Assembly (NCBI GenBank): GCA_964577715.1
Contig: CAZOAA010000001.1
Location: 13,396 to 77,395, forward strand
Source of the DNA: an uncultured Candidatus Thioglobus sp.
GTDB taxonomy: Bacteria; Pseudomonadota; Gammaproteobacteria; PS1; Pseudothioglobaceae
Length of the DNA: 64,000 nt
Reading direction: 5' to 3'
Below, piece by piece: positions 26,271 through 35,695 of this stretch. A program made the position numbers and the translations under genes. Numbering within the stretch: position 1 is the stretch's first letter; the number at the start of each line of letters is the position of its first letter. Under the pieces are notes generated by a model. It was given only the letters and a program-made list of their open reading frames with translations. It was not told the origin of the DNA and made no database searches.

Positions 26271-27236
26271 ATGAAATTAGCATTGATAGGATGTGGAAAT
26301 ATTGCAGAATTACACGTTCCGGCTTTTAAGGCGGCAGGGTTTGATGTTTGTTGCGTTGCGGGCTCATTAAATTCTATAAATGTTGATGATTTTGCAAAGC
26401 GACACCAGATAGATAAAGTGTATAAAGATCCAGATGATTTGGTACATTCAAACCTATGGGATGCTATCTTAATTGTATCATCAATCGACTCTATACTTGG
26501 ATATATAAAAAAATCCAGTGTCTATAATAAGCCAATTTTAGTAGAAAAGCCTGTTTCGTTAAACTATAAAGAATTGGATAGCGTATTAGATTTTGATAAT
26601 GTTTATGTTGCCTACAATAGAAGATTCTATAGCACAACTAGTTATGCAAATGATTTTTTAAAAAATCATAAAAAGTCTTTAATAAAAATTACTATTCCAG
26701 AATCTAGTATGGGTGAGCTAGGGTTTAACAGTTTTCCGAATCTACTGCCATCAAGGGTTTACGAAAATTCTGTCCATGTAATTGACTTGGTTAATTACAT
26801 CGCTGGAAAGATTGAGTGGACGCATGTCGATCATTTATTAGATAAAGAAAAATATTTATCTGTATCTGCTCTTGGAATAAGCAAAGAAGGGCACAATATT
26901 ATTTTAAATGTGTGTTTTGACGCCCCTGATAATTTTTCTATAGATATTACAAATGGAAATGAGCGCATTGAAATGCGTCCGATTGAGATTGCTTATCATT
27001 ATAAAGGAATGAGAGTTGAGGAGCCAAGTGACGATATTCCGATTAGAAGATATTTGCCTTTGGTAAAAAATACTGTTATTAATTCTAGCTCACGGGAAGA
27101 ATTAAAACCCGGGTTTTATGAGCAAGCTAATGATTTTATGGATATATGCAAGGGTGAAAAAATAACAAATAGTGCAACATTAATAGATGCTAAAAATGCT
27201 CTTGAGGTAGTTCATAGGCTGCGAAATAATATCTAG
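26271..27236 (+). CDS. Gfo/Idh/MocA-family oxidoreductase
   Basis: LALIGCGNIAELHVPAF and ILVEKPVSL motifs. Confidence 0.7.
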   Translation: MKLALIGCGNIAELHVPAFKAAGFDVCCVAGSLNSINVDDFAKRHQIDKVYKDPDDLVHSNLWDAILIVSSIDSILGYIKKSSVYNKPILVEKPVSLNYKELDSVLDFDNVYVAYNRRFYSTTSYANDFLKNHKKSLIKITIPESSMGELGFNSFPNLLPSRVYENSVHVIDLVNYIAGKIEWTHVDHLLDKEKYLSVSALGISKEGHNIILNVCFDAPDNFSIDITNGNERIEMRPIEIAYHYKGMRVEEPSDDIPIRRYLPLVKNTVINSSSREELKPGFYEQANDFMDICKGEKITNSATLIDAKNALEVVHRLRNNI

Positions 27237-27237
27237 C

Positions 27238-28884
27238 ATGAAAAGCATATACATCTATTCTGGTGTAGACGCTAAAGAAGTAACAAATATTTCTGGAGTT
27301 TGTTATCATTTAGATACTGGAGAAGTGGCCTCAGATTCTTTAGTTAATGTGAACAATCAACAACGATTAAATGAAATTGCCAGAGATTACTCTTTAGAGT
27401 ATGCTGATTTTATTTTTTCTCAAAATAAGATATTTCTTGATAATAATATCATTCTCGATAAAGACTTGTCGTTATTTTTTTTATCTGATTTATCATGTAA
27501 GCGTACTGAAATTTTTAATACATATTCGAATTATTGCAATATTGTTTTAATAAAGGAAAGTATTGATAAATATAAAATTACCAATATTATTTTTGATGGA
27601 TGTCCAAAGGATTTTATCGAATCTTGTACAAGTGCTTTTGGTGGGATTTCATATAAAGCAATTAATATTAAAAAAAAAACAGAAAGAATTAAATATATTT
27701 TGATCAGAAATGCCTATTTTTTCTTATCCATAATTGTTGGTAGATTATTTGAAAGTTTATTGTTTTTAAATAAAAAATACACACACACAACCCCCTCTAA
27801 AAAATACTTTTTAACACGTTATCCGTTACACCTTGATGACGATTTTGTTGATGATAAATATGGTAATTTGATTACGAAAAATGATAGCTTGCTGGTAAAC
27901 ATAATGACCGATGGTATTCATCAGTGTGTAAGTCCAATAAGTTATATTAAAAATGTTAAGTATTTAAAGCGATCTTCAAGAGTATGCATTCTAGATAGCT
28001 ACATACAGCTGAAAGACGTGATTAAGAGCGTTAAACTTATGTTTAAAATTAGCCATAGCTTTAAACCGCTATATCAAAAAAGATACATATTTAATGGTGT
28101 TGATGTTTCAATTGGTATATGTAATGAAATTTCATTATCTGCTTTGAGAATTCCAAGATTGGTAATGATAGGTGAGTCCGTAAAAAAATTCGCCTCTTTG
28201 AACTGTATTAATGAATTGTATTACTATCTACATGAGTACAGCTATGGAAAATTGTTTACATATGTATTTTCCCGTTATTTTCCAAATGTTAGGCTTGTTG
28301 GTTATCAGCACGGGCCATCATCAAAGCGAAAAATGGTTTATTTACATGGAAAGGGGGAATTAAGAAGAGACAGTGATGGAGTTCATTCATTCTATCTACC
28401 TGATAAAATATTGGCAGAGGAAAGTTATTCTGCTAATTTATACAGAAAGTCAGGATATCTTAATGTTGAGCTGATGAGTAAAGTGTACAGGTTGTCATAT
28501 TTAAAACGCATACAGGTAAAAAAATCTAATCAAAATGTTGTGCTAATAGTGCCAGGATTGCACGACGGAAGATATTTACTTGAATCGATAAAATATAAGA
28601 TTTTAAATAATGGTGGTAATGCATATGTTTTAAAGCCACATCCTAGAGCTGATAATAGTTATGCAGATGAGTATGTATTTATAAAAAACTTAACCACTTC
28701 AAATGACCATATATCAGAGTTGCTAAAAATAGCAACAAAAGTGATCGCTACGTATAGTTCTGTTGCTATTGAAGCAAATATATTAGGAATTAATGTTGAA
28801 TTGGTGGAAATTCCTGGAAAGATCAATGAAAGCCCTTTAATTGATTCTGATTTTATATCTTGTGTGCAAGATATAAAGTACTAA
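27238..28884 (+). CDS. Hypothetical protein; orphan TagF/KpsC-like transferase candidate
   Basis: 548 aa. C-terminal VLKPHPRADN ... KIATKVIATYSSVAIEANILGINVEL. Confidence 0.35.
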   Translation: MKSIYIYSGVDAKEVTNISGVCYHLDTGEVASDSLVNVNNQQRLNEIARDYSLEYADFIFSQNKIFLDNNIILDKDLSLFFLSDLSCKRTEIFNTYSNYCNIVLIKESIDKYKITNIIFDGCPKDFIESCTSAFGGISYKAINIKKKTERIKYILIRNAYFFLSIIVGRLFESLLFLNKKYTHTTPSKKYFLTRYPLHLDDDFVDDKYGNLITKNDSLLVNIMTDGIHQCVSPISYIKNVKYLKRSSRVCILDSYIQLKDVIKSVKLMFKISHSFKPLYQKRYIFNGVDVSIGICNEISLSALRIPRLVMIGESVKKFASLNCINELYYYLHEYSYGKLFTYVFSRYFPNVRLVGYQHGPSSKRKMVYLHGKGELRRDSDGVHSFYLPDKILAEESYSANLYRKSGYLNVELMSKVYRLSYLKRIQVKKSNQNVVLIVPGLHDGRYLLESIKYKILNNGGNAYVLKPHPRADNSYADEYVFIKNLTTSNDHISELLKIATKVIATYSSVAIEANILGINVELVEIPGKINESPLIDSDFISCVQDIKY

Positions 28885-28892
28885 CTGTAAAA

Positions 28893-30041
28893 ATGACAAT
28901 AAAGGTTTCACATTTTGTAGGTTTATCTGGTATTGGAGGAGTTCAAAGGAATTTTTTTGAATACATGGGATTTGCAAAAGACGCGAATATAACTCATAAA
29001 GTCTACACAATTGGTGGTGTTGGTGAAGAGTATACTGCCGCTTTTAAAACATTTAATATATTGAATGTCATAAACTTATTAGTATTTATAAGGGATATTG
29101 TCTCTAATAATACTATAGTTCATTTCTATAATAATTTATCAAGTTTAAAACTACTTATATTCCTTTTCTTTCTGCCAACAAAAAAAATTATAATGCATGA
29201 GAGAGGGGGGGTATGGAACACGCCATTATCTAGATCCTTTGTTATAAGAAATATTGTAAAAAAAGTGGACATAATTATTGCCAATTCAAATGCAACAAAA
29301 GCAATTCTTAATCAGAAGTTTTACATATCTAATAATAAGATACAAGTTATCCATAATGGAATAGATATCACCACGTATTGTGTTAAAGATAAAGTAAATT
29401 CAGAAAAAAAATTTATTATTGGATTTCTTGGTAGGTTTGACACGCCGAAAGGCATAAAAATATTGATAGATGCAGTTAAGTACATCAATACTACTAAAGG
29501 TCTCCGAAATGATTTTGAGTTGCATATTGCTGGAGATGGCCCACTAAGGGGCTGCTTGAAAGCGATATCGAAGAATATAGATAATATTAAATTTATCGGA
29601 AGAGTTGACAATCCCTATGTTTTTTTAAGCAAGATAGATATATTAATCATTCCTTCAATTAGAGAACCTTTGGGAAATGTTAGTTTAGAGGCTGGACTGT
29701 GCAAGGTTGCTGTTATTGCGAGTAATATAGATGGAATACCAGAAATAATAGATGACAATGTAAGTGGAAAATTAATCACGCCGAAAGATGCGCTGGATAA
29801 AAGTTGCTATTCTAAAGAATCTGTTGCATTTCCAGAGGTGGTATTCTTTCCAGAACGTAAAAAAATAGACGCCCCTTTACAAGTCAATTTTAAAGAGCTA
29901 TCTGACGAAATTATCATACTTATGAATGATGATAAGTTGAGAGACTATTACGCAAATAACTTAAATAAAAGGGTTATAAAATACTTTAATATTAATCGAT
30001 ATGCGTCAGAGTTGCATGATTTATATAAAAGATTGTCATGA
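28893..30041 (+). CDS. GT4-family glycosyltransferase
   Basis: The ATG at 28893 is preferred over the TTG at 28860, which overlaps the upstream stop. IIPSIREPLGNVSLEAGLCKVAVIASNIDGIPEII (E-x7-E region). Confidence 0.85.
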   Translation: MTIKVSHFVGLSGIGGVQRNFFEYMGFAKDANITHKVYTIGGVGEEYTAAFKTFNILNVINLLVFIRDIVSNNTIVHFYNNLSSLKLLIFLFFLPTKKIIMHERGGVWNTPLSRSFVIRNIVKKVDIIIANSNATKAILNQKFYISNNKIQVIHNGIDITTYCVKDKVNSEKKFIIGFLGRFDTPKGIKILIDAVKYINTTKGLRNDFELHIAGDGPLRGCLKAISKNIDNIKFIGRVDNPYVFLSKIDILIIPSIREPLGNVSLEAGLCKVAVIASNIDGIPEIIDDNVSGKLITPKDALDKSCYSKESVAFPEVVFFPERKKIDAPLQVNFKELSDEIIILMNDDKLRDYYANNLNKRVIKYFNINRYASELHDLYKRLS

Positions 30042-31009
30042 ATAAGAGAAAAAATATTTTAGTATTAATAAAACTAATTATCACCATTGCGATATTTTTC
30101 TTTATTGCTGGCAATATTGAGGTAGATAAGACTATCGAAATACTAAAACAAGCAAGCGTTCTTTTTATCTTTTTTGCAATTTCTATACAGGTGTTACAAG
30201 TTTTCGTTGCGAATATTCGTTGGCGTATGATATTAAATTATATGTCAATTCATGTTAAATATTTCCAACTACTACGTTATTTATGGATTGGATTATTTTT
30301 TAATCAAACGTTGCCATCAAGCGTGGGTGGAGATGCCATGAGGGGTTACTGTCTATATAACTCTCATGGGTGTACAACTTCTGAATCTACAATCGTGGTA
30401 TTGCTCGATAGATTTGTAGGTTTGTTAGGGTTGGTATTTTTGATCTTATTACTTTTACCTCTCTCTTTGTATTTGTTAACCGGAGAATCTAGTAAGGAGT
30501 TAGTTCTAATAGCCATTTCTTTATTTTTTATTTTGACTGGAATTATTTTTACCTTAGACGTAAACCCTTTTGTGAAGCGACTAATCCCTCAGAAATTTGA
30601 AGCTTTATTTTCTTTTTCAAAGAATAGTAGAAACCTGATATTCAGTAAAAATCCAGGCATTGCCATGACAATTATATCTTTATGTATCCATATACTGTCA
30701 ATTGTTTCTGTTTATTTGTTAGCAATTAGTATGGGTTTGACTGTTACGTGGATGGACCTTTTATTAATTATACCCCTGGTGATTTTTTTTATAGCACTTC
30801 CTATTTCTATTGCTGGGTGGGGAGTCAGAGAAGGGGTTATGGTAATAGGTTTAGGGTATTTAGGTGTATCTTCTGAAGAAGCTTTAGCCTTATCAATAGT
30901 TTTTGGCCTTTCTAATTTGATTGTTTCTATCCCAGGAAGTGCTATATGGCTTTTAGAGTCTTTAAACAATCATAAGTTAAAGAATGATACTGACCCACCG
31001 ACCTTATAG
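30038..31009 (+). CDS. UPF0104 / LPG-synthase-TM-like flippase-like membrane protein
   Basis: Polytopic membrane protein. LPSSVGGDAMRGY signature of the UPF0104 family. Confidence 0.7.
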   Translation: MNKRKNILVLIKLIITIAIFFFIAGNIEVDKTIEILKQASVLFIFFAISIQVLQVFVANIRWRMILNYMSIHVKYFQLLRYLWIGLFFNQTLPSSVGGDAMRGYCLYNSHGCTTSESTIVVLLDRFVGLLGLVFLILLLLPLSLYLLTGESSKELVLIAISLFFILTGIIFTLDVNPFVKRLIPQKFEALFSFSKNSRNLIFSKNPGIAMTIISLCIHILSIVSVYLLAISMGLTVTWMDLLLIIPLVIFFIALPISIAGWGVREGVMVIGLGYLGVSSEEALALSIVFGLSNLIVSIPGSAIWLLESLNNHKLKNDTDPPTL

Positions 31010-31016
31010 AAAATAT

Positions 31017-32438
31017 ATGACACATAAAGAATTAATAAGAGAAAATTTTGACAACTTGGCTAAAGAGAGAGACAAGTGGATTGATAAGAATAGTTATTTT
31101 TATAAGAATGATTATAACTACATGAGGTTTTTAATTGGAAAGGGTGCTAGAGTGCTAGAGCTTGGGAGCGGTACTGGTCGTCTGTTGAAAGAATTAAACC
31201 CATCATATGGCGTAGGTGTTGATATAAGTGGAGAAATGATAGATATGGCAACAAAGCTATATCCCGACCTAAAATTTATTCAAGGTGATGTTGAAGATCG
31301 TAAATTAATTTCATCACTAGACGGGCCTTTCGATTTTATTGTTCTATCTGATGTTTTGGGATACTTGGAAGATATAGAGGCATTGTTTGATATACTGCAT
31401 AATCTTTGTCATGCTGATACTCGTATTGTAATTGCTTATTATTCATGGCGTTGGGCTCCAGTGCTTAAACTAGGTGAAAAGTTAAGATTAAAAATGCCGT
31501 CTGTAAATATGAGTTGGATTTCTACAGACGATACAATCAATTTTTTAAATCTTTCTGATTTTGAATTGGTAAAGCGAGAATGGAGGCAGTTGATTCCTCG
31601 TAGTATGTTTGGCATAGGTTCGTTCGTTAATAATTTCATAGGGTCGTTGCCTGCAATAAGGCGCTTAGCATTAAGAAATTATGTTGTGGCTAGACCAGTG
31701 AAAAATATTAAGACAAAAGGTCTGTCAGCTACGGTGCTTATCCCCTGTCGGAATGAAAAGGGTAACATAGAAAATGCAATAAAACGCTTACCTCAATTTT
31801 GTGATGATTTAGAAGTTATTTATGTTGAAGGAAATAGTCAGGATGGCACGCTAGATGAAATATATCGAGTGATAGATAAATATCCTGAAAAAGATATCAA
31901 AGTATTTGTCCAAGATGGCAAGGGTAAAGGAGATGCCGTGCGCAAAGGTTTTGATAATGCACGTGGAGATGTTCTGATGATTTTAGATGCTGATCTTACG
32001 GTTCCTCCTGAGGATTTGCCGAAGTTTTATAAAGCTATTGTTAATGGAAAGGGTGAGTATATCAACGGAACGAGATTAGTTTATCCCATGGAAGATGAAG
32101 CAATGCGTTTTTTAAACTTTTGGGCTAATCGCACCTTTTCAGTATTATTTACTTGGCTACTTAACCAAAGATTAACTGATACTTTGTGTGGTACCAAAGT
32201 ATTAACTAAAAAGAATTATGAAAGAATTGTGGCCAATCGTTCGTATTTTGGAGAATTTGATCCATTTGGTGATTTTGATTTAATATTTGGTGCATCTAAA
32301 TTGAATTTAAAAATGATTGAAGTTCCAATTCGTTATGCAGAGAGAAAATACGGAGAGACGCAAATATCACGCTTTCGACATGGTGTGCTATTATTAAAAA
32401 TGGTTTTGTTTGCTTTTAAAAAATTAAAAATTATATAA
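31017..32438 (+). CDS. Bifunctional class I SAM-methyltransferase / GT2 (polyprenyl-phosphate glycosyltransferase-like) fusion
   Basis: The ATG at 31017 is preferred over 30984. N-terminal domain VLELGSGTGR. C-terminal domain SATVLIPCRNEKGNIE ... ILDADLTVPPEDL ... CGTK. Confidence 0.78.
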   Translation: MTHKELIRENFDNLAKERDKWIDKNSYFYKNDYNYMRFLIGKGARVLELGSGTGRLLKELNPSYGVGVDISGEMIDMATKLYPDLKFIQGDVEDRKLISSLDGPFDFIVLSDVLGYLEDIEALFDILHNLCHADTRIVIAYYSWRWAPVLKLGEKLRLKMPSVNMSWISTDDTINFLNLSDFELVKREWRQLIPRSMFGIGSFVNNFIGSLPAIRRLALRNYVVARPVKNIKTKGLSATVLIPCRNEKGNIENAIKRLPQFCDDLEVIYVEGNSQDGTLDEIYRVIDKYPEKDIKVFVQDGKGKGDAVRKGFDNARGDVLMILDADLTVPPEDLPKFYKAIVNGKGEYINGTRLVYPMEDEAMRFLNFWANRTFSVLFTWLLNQRLTDTLCGTKVLTKKNYERIVANRSYFGEFDPFGDFDLIFGASKLNLKMIEVPIRYAERKYGETQISRFRHGVLLLKMVLFAFKKLKII

Positions 32439-33154
32439 TGAAACTTGAAGACTATCTTTATTCGTGGGAGAATAAGCCTGCACTCCGTAAAATATATAAT
32501 AATCTTTATCAAAAAATTTTATCAAAATCTACCGATGGCAAAACTTTAGAGATTGGTGCTGGTATCGGAAACTTTTATGCTAGTAGTGAAAAAGTTTATA
32601 AGATAGACATACAACTTTCTAAAGGTGTAGATGTTGTAGCTGATGCACACAAGCTGCCGTTTTTGGATGGGAGTTTCCCCAACATTGTATTGTTTGATAC
32701 TCTTCATCACCTTCAATGCCCTATGTTATTTTTTTTAGAAGCAGAACGTGTACTTGCTCCGGGGGGGCGTATTATTATGGTTGAACCAGGAATAACCCCT
32801 ATAAGTTGGTTGTTGTATAAATTAGGCCATGAAGAGCCTGTGAATATGAAGTGGAAGCCGAAGAAAAAGTGTGTATTAGATCCTAATAAAGATCCTTATG
32901 AATCTAATCAAGCAATACCTACAATTTTATTTAAAGTTAAACCTGTTTCTTTTGAGAAGTTTATTCCAGGGTTGTTAATTAAAGAATCTAAATGGCTAAG
33001 TATTTTTGCTTATCCAATGTCTGGTGGTTTTAAGAAATGGTGCCTTGTTCCATATAAATGGGTAGATAAAATACTAGCAGTAGAGGAAAAGGTGCTACCT
33101 TTTTTGGGACCAATTATGGCATTTAGGTTACTAATTGTATTAGAGAAAAAGTAG
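32438..33154 (+). CDS. Class I SAM-dependent methyltransferase
   Basis: LEIGAGIGN, FDTLHHL, LAPGGRIIMVEP. Confidence 0.78.
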   Translation: MKLEDYLYSWENKPALRKIYNNLYQKILSKSTDGKTLEIGAGIGNFYASSEKVYKIDIQLSKGVDVVADAHKLPFLDGSFPNIVLFDTLHHLQCPMLFFLEAERVLAPGGRIIMVEPGITPISWLLYKLGHEEPVNMKWKPKKKCVLDPNKDPYESNQAIPTILFKVKPVSFEKFIPGLLIKESKWLSIFAYPMSGGFKKWCLVPYKWVDKILAVEEKVLPFLGPIMAFRLLIVLEKK

Positions 33155-33162
33155 TATTAATC

Positions 33163-34758
33163 ATGCCATTTTTTAGAAAAATCCATATTAAGAATTTTCA
33201 CATGTATTTCGTTGTATTGTGTGTATTTATACTTCAATTTATAAATTCTGATTATGGCAATAAGGTGAATGACTTTCCTTATCTGCAAAACAGCATTGTA
33301 GATACATCTGATATTGGAAGTGCTATGAGTAGGAATGCTATCAATGGTTACGATGTTAGAAGCGAAAATACTAATAAATGGTTAATGCGTTTTCGTCTGT
33401 ATAGTATTGAAGCCGATGAAATGTTAAATATTATGGCACTTGGTAGAATGAAGCCTAACGAGTTGGAATTCGATCCTCATTATTATTCATATGGAGGTGC
33501 GTATTTATACCCATTAGGTGCATGGTATGCCATGTTAAAAAAAATTGGTGTTATAAAGGTTGGGGACATAAACTGGATGATAGATCATCCAGGTGAGATG
33601 GAGAATATATATCGTTATGGTAGAGTATTTTTACTATCATCATTTGTGTTATCGGCTTTATTGATGTTTTACACATTAAAGTCTTTTAGTTCACCTAAGT
33701 TTTCTTTTTTGGCAACAACGATTTATTTAATAATGCCGATAAATATTATGTTTTCAATTATTATGAAGCCATATATATATTCATTATTATGGATAAACCT
33801 TTCCTTATTTATTTTATCTGTTGCTTGGAGTAAAAAGAAATTAACAATAGGTTTGTCATTGGCAATGGGAGTTTCTCTAGGTATGATGGTTGGGTCAGTA
33901 ATTACTAATGGATTATTCGCCGTAATTGCTTGGCTTGTTATTGTTTATTTTTCTATACATTCAAAGATAAATTTTTCAAAAGTTTTTATGATACCAATTG
34001 TTGCTAGTTTGGTATTTTTTATTACAAATCCGTATATTCTTATTAATTATAATGCTTATGTTGAGGAATTTTCGAGGCAATCCGATTGGTTTTTGATTGG
34101 GACGCAGACCAAGTTTGTCATGGACTTTATAAATAATTCACTTATACCTGGATTTGGGATTGCTTTTACAGCTCTTATGTTATATGTTCTGCTATCTAGT
34201 ATCTTTAAAAGCTCACATGTAATAAATAAGATTGTTAGTTATGGTATTGTAGCAATTATTGTGTTTATATCGTTAATAAGTGCCTCAATAAGTGAGTGGC
34301 ATATTAATGCTAGATACGTGTTATATTTTATCCCTATTATATTTATTTTGTTTTCTTTCTCCCTAAATAGAAATAAAATAGGAGTCCTAAAAGCAGTCCT
34401 CTTTGCTACTTTAATTCAATCTGCACCGTTGGTTTTAGCTTATATTGACGAGAATAGTCATGAGTACTCTACCAGATTAAAATCTGCAGATTGGCTAAAC
34501 AAGCAAAATTTAAAAATATGCCCATACGGTGCCATTGCCCCATATGATACGCCACCATTCGATTTTATAAGATTGAATTCTGAGAAGGGTAAATGCAATT
34601 TAGTTGTAAAAGTTGATAGACAGCCTGATTTAGCAGTAGATAAGAAACCTGGAATGTATTTAATTAAAAGATTTGAGCCAAGATTTAATTTGAGTTATAT
34701 ACCGGTAGTATTTAGTCATATTAATCCACAAATATCAATATACAAAAGATATGAATAA
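33163..34758 (+). CDS. Polytopic membrane protein, possible GT-C-fold glycosyltransferase
   Basis: 531 aa with more than 10 hydrophobic segments and a soluble C-terminal tail. Sits in a polyprenyl-P glycosylation context. Confidence 0.35.
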   Translation: MPFFRKIHIKNFHMYFVVLCVFILQFINSDYGNKVNDFPYLQNSIVDTSDIGSAMSRNAINGYDVRSENTNKWLMRFRLYSIEADEMLNIMALGRMKPNELEFDPHYYSYGGAYLYPLGAWYAMLKKIGVIKVGDINWMIDHPGEMENIYRYGRVFLLSSFVLSALLMFYTLKSFSSPKFSFLATTIYLIMPINIMFSIIMKPYIYSLLWINLSLFILSVAWSKKKLTIGLSLAMGVSLGMMVGSVITNGLFAVIAWLVIVYFSIHSKINFSKVFMIPIVASLVFFITNPYILINYNAYVEEFSRQSDWFLIGTQTKFVMDFINNSLIPGFGIAFTALMLYVLLSSIFKSSHVINKIVSYGIVAIIVFISLISASISEWHINARYVLYFIPIIFILFSFSLNRNKIGVLKAVLFATLIQSAPLVLAYIDENSHEYSTRLKSADWLNKQNLKICPYGAIAPYDTPPFDFIRLNSEKGKCNLVVKVDRQPDLAVDKKPGMYLIKRFEPRFNLSYIPVVFSHINPQISIYKRYE

Positions 34759-35695
34759 TAATAAAAAAATAGCTGTAGTTATACCGTGCTATAACGAAGA
34801 AGCGTCAATTGAAAACGTTATTTCTTCATTTTCTGAATCGGTCTCTCAAGCAGAAATTTATGTATATGATAATGCATCGACGGATAATACCGTTGAGGTT
34901 GCTAAAAGAGCTGGAGCAGCTGTATACATGGAGCCAATTAAAGGAAAGGGTAATGTTGTTCGTAGAATGTTTGCAGATATTGAAGCAGAGATCTATGTAA
35001 TGGTAGACGGAGATGATACATATGATGCCTCTAAATGCTGCGATATGATTAATCAACTGATTGATAATAATCTAGATATGGTTGTAGCCACAAGATTGAC
35101 TGATAATCAAGATGGTGAATATCGTTGGGGACATGTTTTTGGAAACTGGATGTTGACAAATTGTGTATCATTTATTTTTGGTCGAGGCTTTACTGATATG
35201 CTTTCAGGGTATAGAGTGATGTCACGTCGTTTTGTTAAATCATTCCCTATAACGTCCGAAGGTTTTGAAATTGAGACAGAAATGACTGTGCATGCCCTTC
35301 AAATTGGAGCTTCCTATAAAGAAGTTGAGACTGTATATAATTCTAGGCCAGAGGGTTCGAAGAGCAAGTTAAACACATTTCGGGATGGTTTTCGGATTCT
35401 GAAAATGATTACAATACTCTTTAAAGAGGAAAAGCCTTTTCAATTTTTTGGCCTACTTTCAATATTATTTTTTATGGTTTCTGTAATCTTATCAATTCCA
35501 ATACTGATTACATATATAGAAACTGGACTGGTTCCTCGGATACCGACAGCAATTTTAAGTACTGGATTGATGATTTTGGCATTTCTTAGTTTAATGTCTG
35601 GAGTGATTTTAGATAGCTTGAGTAGGTCAAAATTGGAAGCAAAGAGATTTAATTATCTATCTTATAAGTCATTAAAGAACAATAATGATAAATAG
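34751..35695 (+). CDS. GT2 polyprenyl-phosphate glycosyltransferase (GtrB/ArnC-like, two C-terminal TM helices)
   Basis: AVVIPCYNEE, VMVDGDDTYD (DxD), C-terminal hydrophobic hairpin. Confidence 0.82.
   Translation: MNNNKKIAVVIPCYNEEASIENVISSFSESVSQAEIYVYDNASTDNTVEVAKRAGAAVYMEPIKGKGNVVRRMFADIEAEIYVMVDGDDTYDASKCCDMINQLIDNNLDMVVATRLTDNQDGEYRWGHVFGNWMLTNCVSFIFGRGFTDMLSGYRVMSRRFVKSFPITSEGFEIETEMTVHALQIGASYKEVETVYNSRPEGSKSKLNTFRDGFRILKMITILFKEEKPFQFFGLLSILFFMVSVILSIPILITYIETGLVPRIPTAILSTGLMILAFLSLMSGVILDSLSRSKLEAKRFNYLSYKSLKNNNDK

Noticed and set aside
28860-28892. TTG start at 28860 for the GT4 gene, and similarly 30984 for the MT-GT2 fusion.
   Set aside because: Both extensions overlap the preceding gene by 25 nt or more and add non-conserved residues. 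ATGs at 28893 and 31017 lie just after the upstream stops and give typical N-termini.
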